Notes: a model not told the origin generated them from the letters alone. Positions 1 through 11,618 are shown, numbered from the stretch's first letter. The stretch is 64,000 bases of DNA from an uncultured Phycisphaerales bacterium (GCA_963844715.1 CAWJPJ010000001.1:32001-96000); one strand, 5' to 3'. Translations and numbers: made by a program.

Positions 1-1718
1 CCAGCCGGACGAGATTTACGTTTGCAACGGCAGTTCGCGAGCGAAGGGAACTGATTGAAGAGGGCGTCCGCGAAGGCGTTTTCATCGCGCTCAACCAGCA
101 GAAGCTTCCCGGCTGCTACCTGCATCGCAGCAACCCCAACGACGTCGCCCGCACCGAGCAATGCACGTTCATCTGCACGCCCAGCCAGGACATGGCCGGC
201 CCGACCAACAACTGGATGGAGCCCAAAGCCGCGTATACGCAAAGCTCAGCGGCCTGTTCGACGGGTGCATGCAGCGGGCGAACGATGTACGTCGTCCCGT
301 TCGTCATGGGGCCGATCGGCTCGCCGCTGGCGAAGGTCGGCGTGCAGATGACCGATTCGCATCTACGTCGCCGTCAGCATGGGCATCATGACCGCGCATG
401 GGCGAGGTCGCCTGGAAGCAGCTCGGCGACAGCGACGGACTTCACGCGCTGCCTGCACAGCCTCGGCGATGTGCAACCCCGAGCGCCGCTACATCTGCCA
501 TTTCCCGCTGGACAACACGATCTGGAGCTTCGGCTGCGGCTACGGCGGCAATGCGCTTCTCGGCAAGAAATGCCTGGCCCTGCGCATCGCCAGCTTCCTC
601 GGCCAGCAGCAGGGATGGATGGCCGAGCACATGCTGCATCTAGCGGCGTCAGCGCACGGCGGCGAAAAAACCTATGTCGCCGCCGCCTTTCCCAGCGCCT
701 GCGGCAAGACCAATTTCGCCATGCTGATCCCGCCGGAAAAATATCGCGAGGCGGGCTGGAAAATCACCACCGTCGGCGACGACATCGTCTGGATGTGGGT
801 CGACGAAAAGACCGGCCGCCTGCGCGCGATCAATCCCGAGGCCGGCTACTTCGGCGTCGTGCCCGGCACCAACGAAGAGACCAATCCCAACGCCATGGCG
901 TGCATGTGCCACGACACGATCTACACCAATGTCGCGCTGCTGCCCGACGGCGATGTCTGGTGGGAAGGCAAGACCGACGCAGCCGCCGGCCGAGTGCATC
1001 GACTGGACGGGCAAGCCCTGGACGCCCGACGCAAGTCCGGCCGCAAGGCCGCCCATCCCAACAGCCGCTTCACCGCGCCGATGACCAACAACCCCGCGCT
1101 CGACCCGTCCGCGGATGATCCCGACGGCGTGCAGATCTCCGCGCATCATCTTCGGCGGCCGACGCAGCCAGAACCATCCCGCTGGTCTTCCAGGCATTCA
1201 ACTGGATGCACGGCGTCTACGTCGGCGCGACGCTCGGCAGCGAAACCACCGCCGCCGCCACGCGGCCAGGTCGGCGTCGTCCGCCGCGATCCGATGGCGA
1301 TGCTCCCGTTCATTGGCTACAACATCCGCGACTACCTCGTCCACTGGTTCCGCATGCGCAAGAAGATGACCGACTGCCCGCGCATCTTCCACGTCAATTG
1401 GTTCCGCAAGGACGACAACGGCAAATTCCTCTGGCCCGGCTTCGGCGAAAACATGCGCGTGCTCGAATGGATCATCGACCGCTGCCACGGCCGCGCCTAC
1501 GCCGTCGAAACGCCGCTCGGCTGGATGCCGCGAGCCGAGGACATCGACCTGGAAGGCCTGAACATCATCCCGAGCCGACTTCGAGCCGATCCAGACGGTC
1601 GATCTCGAAGCGTTCAAGGCCGAAATTCTCGAGCCAGGAAGAGCTGTTCCTGAAGCTGGCCGGCGATTTGCCCAAGGAAATGATCTTCCAGAGGGAGTTG
1701 CTGATCAGCCGGTTGTAA
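1..1718 (+). CDS. pckG: GTP-dependent phosphoenolpyruvate carboxykinase (5' end outside window, several indels)
   Basis: Motifs [101 protein letters not shown] spread over shifted frames; stop TAA at 1718. Confidence 0.95.
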
Positions 1719-2433
1719 GTGGGCGATGGCTGCGCGTCACTCATTATCAAGCAGCGATTGGATATGAACAGTCAGATCGCACGGGCGGGCCGCGCGCGTT
1801 CGACGCGCGCAGGCATGACCGCGATCAGCCTGGTCGGCCCCGCCGGATCGGGAAAGACTTCGATTGATCGAGGTCGGTTGCTCGCCCGCCTTAATCCGAC
1901 GCGTTCGCACCGCCGTGATCGTCGGCAACCTCGCCGCCGAGCGGCAAGTGGAACGCATTTCCAGCCGCGGCTGCCCGCCATTCCGCTCGTGACTGACAAT
2001 CTCGCCGCGATCAACGTTCGCGATGCGATCAGTCAATTAAATCTGAATGAAATAGATCTTCTATTGATTGAATCCGAAGGTAACGCACACAGTCCGGTGG
2101 AATTCGATCTGGGGCATCATTTTCGCGCCTAGCGTTTTCAGCGTGGCCGGCGGCGAGGATAGGGCGACGGAATATCCCTTCCTCATCGCCAGATCCGACG
2201 TGGTGCTCCTGACCAAAATCGATCTGCTTCCCTCCGTGAAGTTCGATTTCAAAGTGTTTAATCAGGATGTGACGCGCGTGAAGGCGAGGATGCCGATTAT
2301 CCAACTGTCTCTTCAATCCAATCAGGGGATTGGCCAGTGGGTTCAATGGGTCGAATCGCATTTGTCGCCACGCATCAAGCAGCGGCGACTTCCGGAAACG
2401 GCCGACCCGTTCATCAGGATTCCCAACCAATAG
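1719..2433 (+). CDS. HypB/UreG-like G3E P-loop GTPase, copy 1 (frameshifted, metal ligands absent)
   Basis: GPAGSGKT, AVIVGNLAAE, DLLLIESEGN..SPVEFDLG, FSVAGGED..EYP, LLTKIDLLP..FD; collinear with the HypB G-domain. Confidence 0.8.
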
Positions 2434-2440
2434 GTGCACC

Positions 2441-3124
2441 ATGGCGGAAGGTACTCGCGAACATGTCGATGTCACCGTCGCGGCAGAATTAAGCATTGGC
2501 CGGCCGCCCCCTGCCGCGCTGATTCGCAGGGCTTTGGTGCAATCGCGGGTATTGGGAATTCGCATCATCGGGCATCCCGGATCCGGCAAAACGGAATTGA
2601 TCGAAGCGACGTTGAAGCGGCTGGTGGCGCCCAGCGCGTGGCGGTCATCGTCGTAAATCCCGCTTCCGGTCGTGATGCCGAGCGGCTACAAAAATATTGC
2701 GGCCACGTCGCCCAAATCGATGCCGCTACTCCGGATGCTGCGACGATCTGGCGCGCCATGGGCGAATTGAGGCTCGAGGATTTCGACACGTTGTTAATCG
2801 AAGCGGCCGGAGGATTGGCCGATTTGCATGATCTGGGCCAGGACGCAACCGTCGCCGTTTTCGCCGTCAGCGGCGGCGACGACAAAGCAGCGGAATATCA
2901 CGCTCTACTGAAATGCTTCGGCGATCCTCCTGACAAAAATCGATCTCCGTCCCTTGGTGAAATTCGACGGGCAAGTCTTCCGCAATGATATTCGAGCTGT
3001 CAATTCATCGGCGGAAATCCATGAAACCTCGGCGATGACCGGATCGGGCCTAATCGATTGGCTCGACTGGATGGACAGGACACCGCGACAAGATTCAAAG
3101 CAGGTTACGCGGCGACCCGCATGA
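2441..3124 (+). CDS. HypB/UreG-like G3E P-loop GTPase, copy 2 (frameshifted, metal ligands absent)
   Basis: GHPGSGKT, RVAVIVVNPASGRDAERL, DTLLIEAAG, FAVSGGDDKAAEY, LLTKIDLRPLVKFD, SAMTGSGL..W..W. Confidence 0.78.
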
Positions 3125-3211
3125 GTCACCATCTGACGAATTCATCGGATAGCGGCGGGCGAGGAACAAACGAGCGAAAGCGGCGACCGTGAATAAATCG
3201 CTTCCAATTGG

Positions 3212-3612
3212 ATGGATGAAGATGGGATTCCGGCGGGGTTTGCTCGGAATGTCAACCCGTCCCACGGCCCGCCGATCACCCCGTACTGCCTACCGTTCGA
3301 TCTTGTGAGGTCTGTTGCCCCTTGTTCATCCAGTTGCCGCGGTTAGCGCGATCCTGGAGCGGCACCGCGCGAAGCCGCCGACCGGGTATGAGGAATTCGT
3401 TATCAAACTGCTTTGCGAATCGTCGGAGGAGACCCCGAAGAACGATCGGCATTTGTCCGATCATCGCGCGGAGCCGGGTCCTTTCCTGGACTACGCGACG
3501 GACGCGCTGGCGATTTTGGAGCGGGTTGCCGCATTGTTCGATAAGGCGGAGATTGCAACTCCCGGACACGATTGGCGCGAGATATCGCGTTGGGACAGAT
3601 GAGCGTCCTTGA
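3212..3612 (+). CDS. Hypothetical protein (uncertain, probably frameshifted)
   Basis: ORF 3315-3602 has protein-like composition and a possible upstream ATG near 3212; no recognisable motif. Confidence 0.25.
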
Positions 3613-4098
3613 TTCGAAAGCCGATGCGGGTCAGCCATCTCTCGAAAAACCATGAGCGAGGCAGCGGTTTTGAATAACCTGCGCGATTTCGGCCGATCGT
3701 TGCTCGTCAGTAAATTCCCCTATGCGATTTGGCGGGCGAAACCCGATTCTTTTTACGCTGCCGGATTCCCATACTTCTTGGCATCGAAGCGATCGATAAA
3801 AATCGACGACAATTTCCGCGACACAGCCTGACCGTTCTGGGCACTGCCGCAGCCGGTGAATGTGATGGACGCGGCAAATGTATTTCCGCGATCTGCCAAA
3901 TGCCCATCGGGTTGGCCGATCAATGGATGGATCAAAACAATGTGTCGTCATCGCCATGTAAATTTGACCTCGCAGACACAGGGAGTGACAATCAATGGTG
4001 GGAGAGGGTTCCGTGCGTCCGTAGAACAAACACAATTGAACACCGTTCGCGTTAAATTGTGCCAGTTTATTTCCTACGGCAGTTCCAGGATTTGATCA

Positions 4099-4635
4099 AT
4101 GTCAGAACCAGTTCCCGATCGTCGGCACTTTCTCTCCGGTTGCACGGCCGGTCTCATGGCCCTTCTTGGTGGCTTGATTTTCGCGCCGGCGGTGGCATTC
4201 GTGACCACTCCTTTATGGCGCCGACGTGGGGCCAGCGCGGTTGGCGATGATTTCTCCGATGCTGGCGCGGTTGATTCAATCCCCGTCGGAAGATGGACGC
4301 TGCTTTCCATTGAGATCGTACGACAAGATGGTTGGGCCAAGACCCGGCAGGCTCGATCCGTCTGGGTTCTTGTTAACGGTACCGGTCCTGACGACGTCAA
4401 AGTTCTCTCGCCAATCTGTCCCCATCTGGGCTGTCCGATCGCGTGGTTGGCGGCGGAATCAGAATTCCTCTGTCCCTGTCACGGCAGCATCTTTAGTAAG
4501 GCTGGAAGTTGCGTCAGCGGGCCGTCCCCGCGAGCAATGGACGCCTTGGAGTCCCAGATTAGCCATGGACACCTGTGGGTGCGTTGGCAGGACTTCCGCA
4601 CCGGCGAGCATGAACGAATCACCGTGCAACTGTAA
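4099..4635 (+). CDS. Rieske 2Fe-2S subunit of a (mena)quinol:cytochrome c reductase (QcrA/PetA-like)
   Basis: Tat-like RRHFL plus TM helix; CPHLGC and CPCHGS cluster motifs; SGPSPRAM. Confidence 0.95.
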   Translation: MSEPVPDRRHFLSGCTAGLMALLGGLIFAPAVAFVTTPLWRRRGASAVGDDFSDAGAVDSIPVGRWTLLSIEIVRQDGWAKTRQARSVWVLVNGTGPDDVKVLSPICPHLGCPIAWLAAESEFLCPCHGSIFSKAGSCVSGPSPRAMDALESQISHGHLWVRWQDFRTGEHERITVQL

Positions 4636-4673
4636 AGACGGCCGGGAAAGGCCTCGCAATAGAAAGCGCCGCA

Positions 4674-6088
4674 ATGCCGAATACTTCCCAGAAGGAGACA
4701 AAGACGCTTTCCGGGACGGGTTTCCTCGGTTCCCGCACGGGTTGGCGGGAATTGCGAAAGCGCATGCTGCTTGAGCCAGTCAAGGGCGGATCGCGATGGA
4801 CCGCCGCGTTCGGCAGTCTGCTGTTGTTCATGTTCGTCCTTCAAGTCGTGACCGGCGTCCTGTTGACCACCTGTTACGCACCGTCTGTCGGCACGGCATG
4901 GGAGAGCGTGAAATATATCCAGGAGGAAAGCGCCCCTGGGCTGGTTCATCCGTGGCATGCACCACTGGGGTTCCAGCGCGATGGTCATCCTGTTGCTGTT
5001 CCACCTGGTGCAGGTGTATATTTGGGGCGCCTATAAGCGTCCTCGCGAATTGACGTGGATGACGGGTGTGCTTTTGCTGTTTGCGACGCTCGGCGCTCGC
5101 GTTCACCGGCTATTTGTTGCCGTGGGATGAAAAGGCCTATTGGGCGAGCAAGGTCGGGCTGGGGATCGTCGGCACCGTTCCGGTCATCGGTTATCGCCTC
5201 AGACTCCTCCTGCAAGGGGGTCCGGACATGGGCAACCTCACCCTGACCCGGTTCTTCGCTTTGCATGGTTTCGTTCTCCCCGGCACAGTCATCGCGTTGG
5301 TTGTTGTACACCTGTACTTCTTCCGCTTGCACGGTGTCACCACGGCTTGGTGGGAAGATGAAGAACTGCTCGAAAGCAAAACCGAACCGTTCTGGCCCGG
5401 ACAGGTTTGGAAAGATGGCGTCGTCGCTCTGGGCTTGCTGCTTTTGCTCACAACATGGGTATTTATCCATCCCGCTCCACTCGGGGCCGTGGCCGATCCA
5501 TCCAAGGCTTACGAGGCGCGGCCCGAGTGGTACTTCATGTTTCTGTTTCAGATCCTGAGATACTTTCACGGTCCCTATGAGGTCATCGGGACCTTCGTTC
5601 TCCCGTCGCTTTTCTTTTGCATCCTGTTCTTTTGGCCTCTGCTGGACCGTACTTCCTCTCGCGACCCGCGGCATAGGCCATTCGCCATGACCGTGCTCGG
5701 TGTTGGCGTCGTCGGTTTGGTTGGATTGACGGTTTTCGCGATAGCAGACGACACACGGATGACCAAGCCTGAAATCGCCCTGCAGCCGCAGGTGTCGGCC
5801 GCACCTTTGCAAAAACTGGACGTCTCTGGCCTCTACGCCACGAATTGTCTGGCATGTCACGCCGTGGATGGGACGGGGAACGCGTTGCGGGTCGCGCTGC
5901 CCACGATCCCTAACTTCACAAATGCTGCCTGGCAGAAAACCCAATCGGACGAGGAATTCAGCATCCGCATCCATGACGGCAAAGTTCCAATGATGCCTGC
6001 TTTCAAGGACAAGTTCACTTCGGACCAGATTCACGCGCTAGTGGATTACGTGCGGGCGTTCGCGGGTAAGGAGCCCGCGTCAAAGTGA
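4674..6088 (+). CDS. Cytochrome b (b6 + subunit IV type) fused to a C-terminal monoheme cytochrome c (frameshifted)
   Basis: QVVTGVLL..YAPS, IRGMHHWGSS, GAYKRPRELTW, FTGYLLPWD..YWA, TLTRFFALH, RPEWYF, then CLACH and MMPAF. Confidence 0.93.
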
Positions 6089-6136
6089 GCTTCGCGTGCT
6101 CTTGAGCACCGACTCGACATAACCTCAGGGAGTTAG

Positions 6137-6608
6137 ATGATACATATAAATCGATCTCGTGTGTTGCGGCGGTTGGTCGTCGCCGCCGGCCTCTTGTTCG
6201 TATTCATGACTGCCGCCTTTCGTATTCCAACGATGCACCGGCGGACGATTGGAAGCGCCTTCACGAGCGGCAAGGAAGCAGAATCCCGTCCCCGCTGACG
6301 CCGACGCCATCGCGGCGGGCAAGACCCTCTACGTCGGCAACTGCCTCGCCTGCCACGGCGCCGCCGGCAAGGGAGATGGCCCCGCCGCCATTGCCATTAA
6401 CCCTCCACCCAAGGATCTCGCGGATCCGAGGGTCTCCTCGGAAACCGACGGGGAACTGTTCTGGAAAATCTCCGAGGGCAAGAAACCAATGCCCGCTTTC
6501 AAGAATTCGTTGTCTGAGACTGATCGCTGGAAGGCGGTCGACTACATTCGCACACTCGCGCCGCCGCCGGCGTCCCAACCCAGCACCCAACCGGCCAGTG
6601 GCCAATAG
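6137..6608 (+). CDS. Exported monoheme class I cytochrome c (indel in signal region)
   Basis: Signal-like N-terminus from ATG 6137; WEAP..AARKQNP, CLACHG, TDGELFWKISEG..PMPAF. Confidence 0.9.
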
Positions 6609-6622
6609 CCATAGGAGCAATC

Positions 6623-7920
6623 ATGCACAGAGTTCTTTTCGGAATTGTTATCCTAGGTACATTCCTTCGCTCGCCTGTGTGGGGGCAGGACAACTCCACC
6701 ACACAACCGTCCGTCACCCGGCAAGAATTCGACCAGTTAAAGCAAGACAATGCCGAGATGAAACAGGAGTTGAGCGAGATTAAAAAGCAGCAGACCGACC
6801 AGACCACCAATTCCGACCAGGATGCTCAGGATAATGATAAAACCATCAAGGCGCTCAGGATCAGATCAGCAAGGCGCAGCCAGGTCTCGAAAGCCTTGTC
6901 ATCGCCGGCGACGCCGCCTTCGGTTATTCCTATGTGCGCCACTCGCCTTCCAGTTTCAACGCCGATGTCAGCCCGCTGATTCTTTGGCAGCCGACGGACA
7001 AGCGTTTGCTGGTGGAGTCAGCGTTCGATCTGGGCATCGGCGGTGCTGACATCAACTCAGAAACATCAACCCTCACCGTGAATCTTGCAGATTTATCTTA
7101 TGAGGTGTGCGATTATTGCATCGTGGGCGGCGGATTGTTTGCCGTTCCTTTCGGTCAATATCACAACCACTTTGATCCGCCCTGGGTCAACAAATTCCCG
7201 GATGATCCGCTCGCTTTCGATGCCCTCGCGCCGGAGTCTGAGGTTGGTTTTTTCGCCCGCGGAGCGATTCCATCCGGCACCACCAAGTGGACCTACGACA
7301 TTTATGCCGCCAACGGGCCGAACCTTGACACGGTGAATCCCGGCACTGCCGGGCAATTGAATTTCGATGACTTCACCGATCTGAACGACAACAAAGCGGT
7401 CGGCGGGCGCATCGGATTCCTGCCGTTCCCCGATCTTGAAACCGGCTATTCGATGCAGTTCTCCCAGCCGAATCCCCCCGGATTCCCCCGCGCCAACGCC
7501 GTCCTGCAGGCGGCTGATTTTCATTGGAAACCGGTCGTCGATGCGATTCGGGGCCAACTCGATTTCAGCGCTGAATATATCTGGTCCGATGTCAGCACGG
7601 AGACCTATGATCCAACAGGCTTGATCGGTTTCGGCCCGATCACGTTTGATAACAAGAGCCAAGGCGGATACGTCTCGGCAACCTATCGCGCGACCAAAGC
7701 CGACAACGAATTCGAGCGCAACCTCGAATTTCTCGCCCGCTGGGACAACCTGCAAATGCCTCTGAACTCGCCCGGCGGCGAGCACGAATCACGCTGGACC
7801 TTCGGCGTGGATTACTGGCTGACTCCCTACTGCGTCATCAAAACCGCCTACGAACTCGACGACAAAAAACTGGGTGACGACGCGGACTCATTCATCTTTC
7901 AAGTCGGTATTGGACTTTAA
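6623..7920 (+). CDS. Putative outer-membrane beta-barrel porin with N-terminal coiled coil (indel near 6860)
   Basis: Signal peptide, heptad segment EFDQLKQDNAEMKQELSEIK, alternating beta-strands, DLNDNKAVGGRIG, WTFGVDYW, C-terminal FIFQVGIGL. Confidence 0.8.
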
Positions 7921-7932
7921 TTCGGAGTTCCC

Positions 7933-8273
7933 ATGTTGAAAAATAAAACATTTCCAAAATTCATCCTGGTCGTGGCCCTGGGCAGTGCCCTGGCCGGCAT
8001 GGGTCTGTACGGATGCGCCTCCAATCCAAACACGCCGGCCACTCCACTAAGCTCAGCCCCTTCAACCCGGCCCACCTTCGCCTTATTTGGTCCGCCGCCG
8101 GTGAAGTCAGGCGTGCAATTGTGGGCGGATAGCTCCATGCGCTGCCACAACGGCCGTCCGCCCGAAGAGTTCAGCGCCGCACAGTGGGAAACCATTGTTC
8201 ACCACATGCGCCTGCGCCAGACCTGACAGGCGAGGAAGAGCGGGAAATCGTCAAGTTCCTCCAAGGCCAGTAA
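7933..8273 (+). CDS. Small lipoprotein cytochrome c-like protein (indel near 8220)
   Basis: Lipobox LYGC; SGVQLWADS-SMRCHN..PPEEFS..QW..IVHHMR, continuing LTGEEEREIVKFLQ in the shifted frame. Confidence 0.75.
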
Positions 8274-8358
8274 CTGACCATCATCCCCACCACAGGGTGC
8301 GTCCTGCCGCAAATGCACCCAGAGAATTTCGACGTTCTTCTGATCGATTCCACCGGAG

Positions 8359-8409
8359 GGTTTTTCCTGTCTTTATCGTGCGGATGTGGCGGACGTACGC
8401 CTCCACTAG
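8359..8409 (-). pseudogene. Short remnant of a tyrosine integrase N-terminal segment
   Basis: Encodes VEAYVRHIRTIKTGKT, matching IVAAYVQHIRQVKTAAKT at about 9210-9260 at both peptide and DNA level. Confidence 0.5.
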
Positions 8410-8589
8410 CCAACCGAGAAATTGCCAACTAATTGGCCCTGTAATCTCCACCTGGCGTGTTATTCGCGCGGGTAATTTCAATTCTCGTTGTCTGAACATC
8501 AGCGATCGTGATTGGAATGATAGCACGACGGGTCAAACTGCTTTATCTCGGTACCCGAGTTACAGGCCAGCTTCGGCGGCTTCGCGTCT

Positions 8590-9270
8590 ACAAGAAGCGG
8601 CGATAGCGTATACTGGTGGTGTGGAACGGCACGAGAACCAGCCTGGCCAATTGTGATCGGAGGTCCGTATGCCGTTCAAACAGCATGTCGCTTTTGCCGG
8701 TGAAGTTGGTCAAACCTACGGGAGATATCACTCGACCTTCCGCAGGCAGACCGGCCAAGTTTTGGCGAGCTTTTGAACAAAATGGTCGGCTCATAGCGCA
8801 CGTTTCCTTTCCCTCCGGCCTGAAAGCCGAAGCGGATCGTCGGCACCGGCTGCTTGTATCGCTCGACCTTCGCCGCAGGATTCTTGTCATTGGGCATGCG
8901 AGCGAAGGTTTTCTGCTCCATCGCCCAGTTCAACAGCCGCATCAAGATTTCGCGATAGCGGTTGCGGTCTTGTGGCCGCGGCCACGGCACGAACTTGCGC
9001 GGAAATCAACGTGGTGATGTCAGCGGTGCGGATCGCTTCCATGCCAGTCCGCCTCGATCACCGGCGCTCTTGGTCCGCGCAAGAGGGCTACGCCCGCCTC
9101 CTTCACCGGCTTCTTCGTCGCCTTCGCGGATGGCTTGCGGCTGTTGATTTTCAATTCATCGCAGACGGGGCGAAAATATCGCGCAGATAATAGATGTCGG
9201 TCTGGCAGTCTTCGCCGCGGTCTTGACCTGACGAATGTGCTGGACATAAGCGGCGACGATATCAGGAATG
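8590..9270 (-). pseudogene. Decayed phage-type tyrosine integrase (lacks start, catalytic half eroded)
   Basis: Across frames: IPDIVAAYVQHIRQVKT..QTDIYYLRDIF.PVCDELKINSRK..NRYREILMRLLNWAMEQ..KNPAAKVERYK..PTIRF; vestigial RHT..SQLA. Confidence 0.7.
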
Positions 9271-9273
9271 TAA

Positions 9274-9420
9274 CAGATTGAGGCATTCCTCCTGACGCCG
9301 ATCACCGTTCCCGAGCCGACCTCGCTTACACTTTTGGGCTTTGGAATGGTCGGAATACTGGCACGGCACGGGAACGATAGCCTCAATGAGGTGTCAGATC
9401 ACTTTGGGAACGGAGTGTAA
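9274..9420 (+). pseudogene. Orphan 3' end of a PEP-CTERM (HAF-repeat-type) gene
   Basis: QIEAFLLTPITVPEPTSLTLLGFGMVGILARH; in-frame TAA at 9271-9273 directly upstream and no start codon. Confidence 0.75.
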
Positions 9421-10066
9421 GCTTTTCAGTTAAATCGCGGTTTCGATTCTGGGCTCGGGCCTGAGAGCTGGGAATGAGACGACACGTCTTCAAACCCTGT
9501 GTTGAGGATGGGTGCCTGTCATATACGCATCGCCACCCTCACGGGCGTTAACTCGTATAGGACAGGCGTTGTTCGGCTTACTGCTGGCTTGCCCGGTAGT
9601 ACGTTGTGGCGTCCTTCTCACCGGGAAGATGGGCCCTTCGGGCACACGGCACCTCGTTTTGGATCGCTCATCAGGCACCCTCAATTGAGAAAACTCGACC
9701 CGCCATCTTCTTTGCGTCAGCCAATTCCTGCCGAGATTTTGTCCCCCGTAGACGTGGCAGACCTCTTGCTCAGAACGCTTTGTTGATTGGTTCCAGAAAC
9801 CCTCTTGTGTTCTTCCTTCCGAGTCGCTTTCGACGATCTGCGAAGATGTTTGGCGTCCAGCAGACATAATCGCAGTTGACTATTGTTTATGGGATTGATA
9901 CAGTTAACAACGTAATAAAGGAATGCAAGATAAAGGGGTGATTCAGGTGTTTCGTATCTGTAGCAATTACAATCACTTTCGGCGAATCACCTGCATTTTG
10001 GCAAGTTGGTTTGTCAGGCGTTTGGCGCTCAAGTGATTGCCGGCGTTGAACTTCAGGAGCGGTGTC

Positions 10067-11613
10067 ATGGCAAAACACGCGAATCGGTCAAAGTCGAGAG
10101 ACGGAGTTGATTCTAATCGCGTCGGGCGCATGGCGGTCGCCGAGGGCGCGAGCGGAGCGTCAGCGGGGAGATCGCCAGGCGGCTGGGGCGGGGGTTCTGG
10201 CGCATCGAAGATGCGCGCGGATCGTGCGCACCGCGGCGGGTCCAGGGGCGCGGGACCATGCCCTTCGGCAGCAATCCGCGCGCACAAAGAGGTGACGGTC
10301 AAGATGCTCTCCCGCTTCCATTCGCGCCGATCCGGCAGCGGACTTGCGCCATACCAGCTACCTTGCCCGCGACAGCGCCAGCCGGGACGGGGAGCGCGGG
10401 ACGTTCTTCGATGCGCAGGAAGAGCGCTTAGACGGTCGGTCTGTGACCAGGGAGTGGGAGGGGGATCGCCACCATTTCCGGCTCATCCTGTCACCGGAGA
10501 AGGGGTACGAGATCGCCGACATGCGCGCGCTATGTGCGCGATGTCATGCAGCGGATCGAGCGGGATGTCGGCACTAAGCTCGACTGGATCGGGATCGAGC
10601 ACCACAACACCGACAATCCGCATGCCCATATCCTGTTCCGGGGCAAAGATGACCAGGGTCAAGACCTGATCCTGCGCCGGGAGTACATCGGTCATGGCAT
10701 CCGGCAGAGGGCATCCGAGGCGGCAACGGACCTGTTGGGCGAGCGCACGGAAAGGGAGATGGAGCAGGCCCGGGAGAAGGAAGTCCAGGCGCAGCGGTTC
10801 ACTTCCCTGGACCGGACCATCGAGCGGTACATGGACGATCAGCACGTCATCGACGTGTCACCGGACGTGCAGATCGGCTGGCGAAGGTCGGATCGGCCGC
10901 TGGTGATTGGCGCTTGCAATGGCTGGAGAAGATGGGGCTGGCGGAGAAGATGCACGGAACGACATGGCAACTCGACCCCGACTTCAAGCGCCAGTTGATG
11001 GACCTGGGCGCGCACCACGACATCATCAAGCAGCTTTACGGCAGCCTGGGGAACAAGTCCATGTATGTGTCGCAGGGAGCCGATTACCCAGGCGGTGTCC
11101 GGGGAAGTGGTCGCATTGGGCCGGGTCGATGAGATCACCGACCAACGCTTTGTTGTCATCCGGGAGGAGTCAGGAACGATGCGTTATGCTCGTGTCAGGG
11201 ACGGGGAGGCGTACCAATCTTTGAGCATCGGCGACGTGGCTGAGCTTGGACGGGACGCGCAGATGCGCCGGGAGATTACCCACGAGATCGTCGAGCAGGC
11301 GGGGGCTAATGGTGGGATCTATTCCAATTCCCAGCATCGGGATCATCTATTGGACACCCGTGCCGATGGGGATGCGGCGTGGGAACAGGCGCGCGCCAAG
11401 GCAAACATGGCCGAGCAATTGGTTGAGGCCTGCGCCAGGAGGCCCGGCACTGGAATCGGCCGGACCGATGGTGGCGACTATGAAGTGGATGTCGCCGAGT
11501 TCGGGAAATTCATGGGCAAGCAGGCCGAGCGGGAGGCCGCTTCTGGCATTACCGACGTGAATAACGTCACCCTGGAACTGGAACAGGGACGGGACCTAGA
11601 CATGGATCGGTAG
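10067..11613 (+). CDS. VirD2-like/DUF3363 MOBP-type relaxase (frameshifted)
   Basis: RHTSYLARD, DRHHFRLILSPE, LDWIGIEHHNTDNPHAHILFRG (HUH motif), EYIGHGIRQRA, RFTSLDR. Confidence 0.88.
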
Positions 11614-11618
11614 CTTTA

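Noticed and set aside
3631..4095. Short overlapping ORFs and a possible FNR box before the Rieske gene
   Set aside because: No recognisable protein motif and no clean TTGAT-N4-ATCAA site.
9490..9869. Three overlapping ORFs of 87-125 aa in the island spacer
   Set aside because: No ribosome site, motif or consistent codon bias; not supportable as genes.
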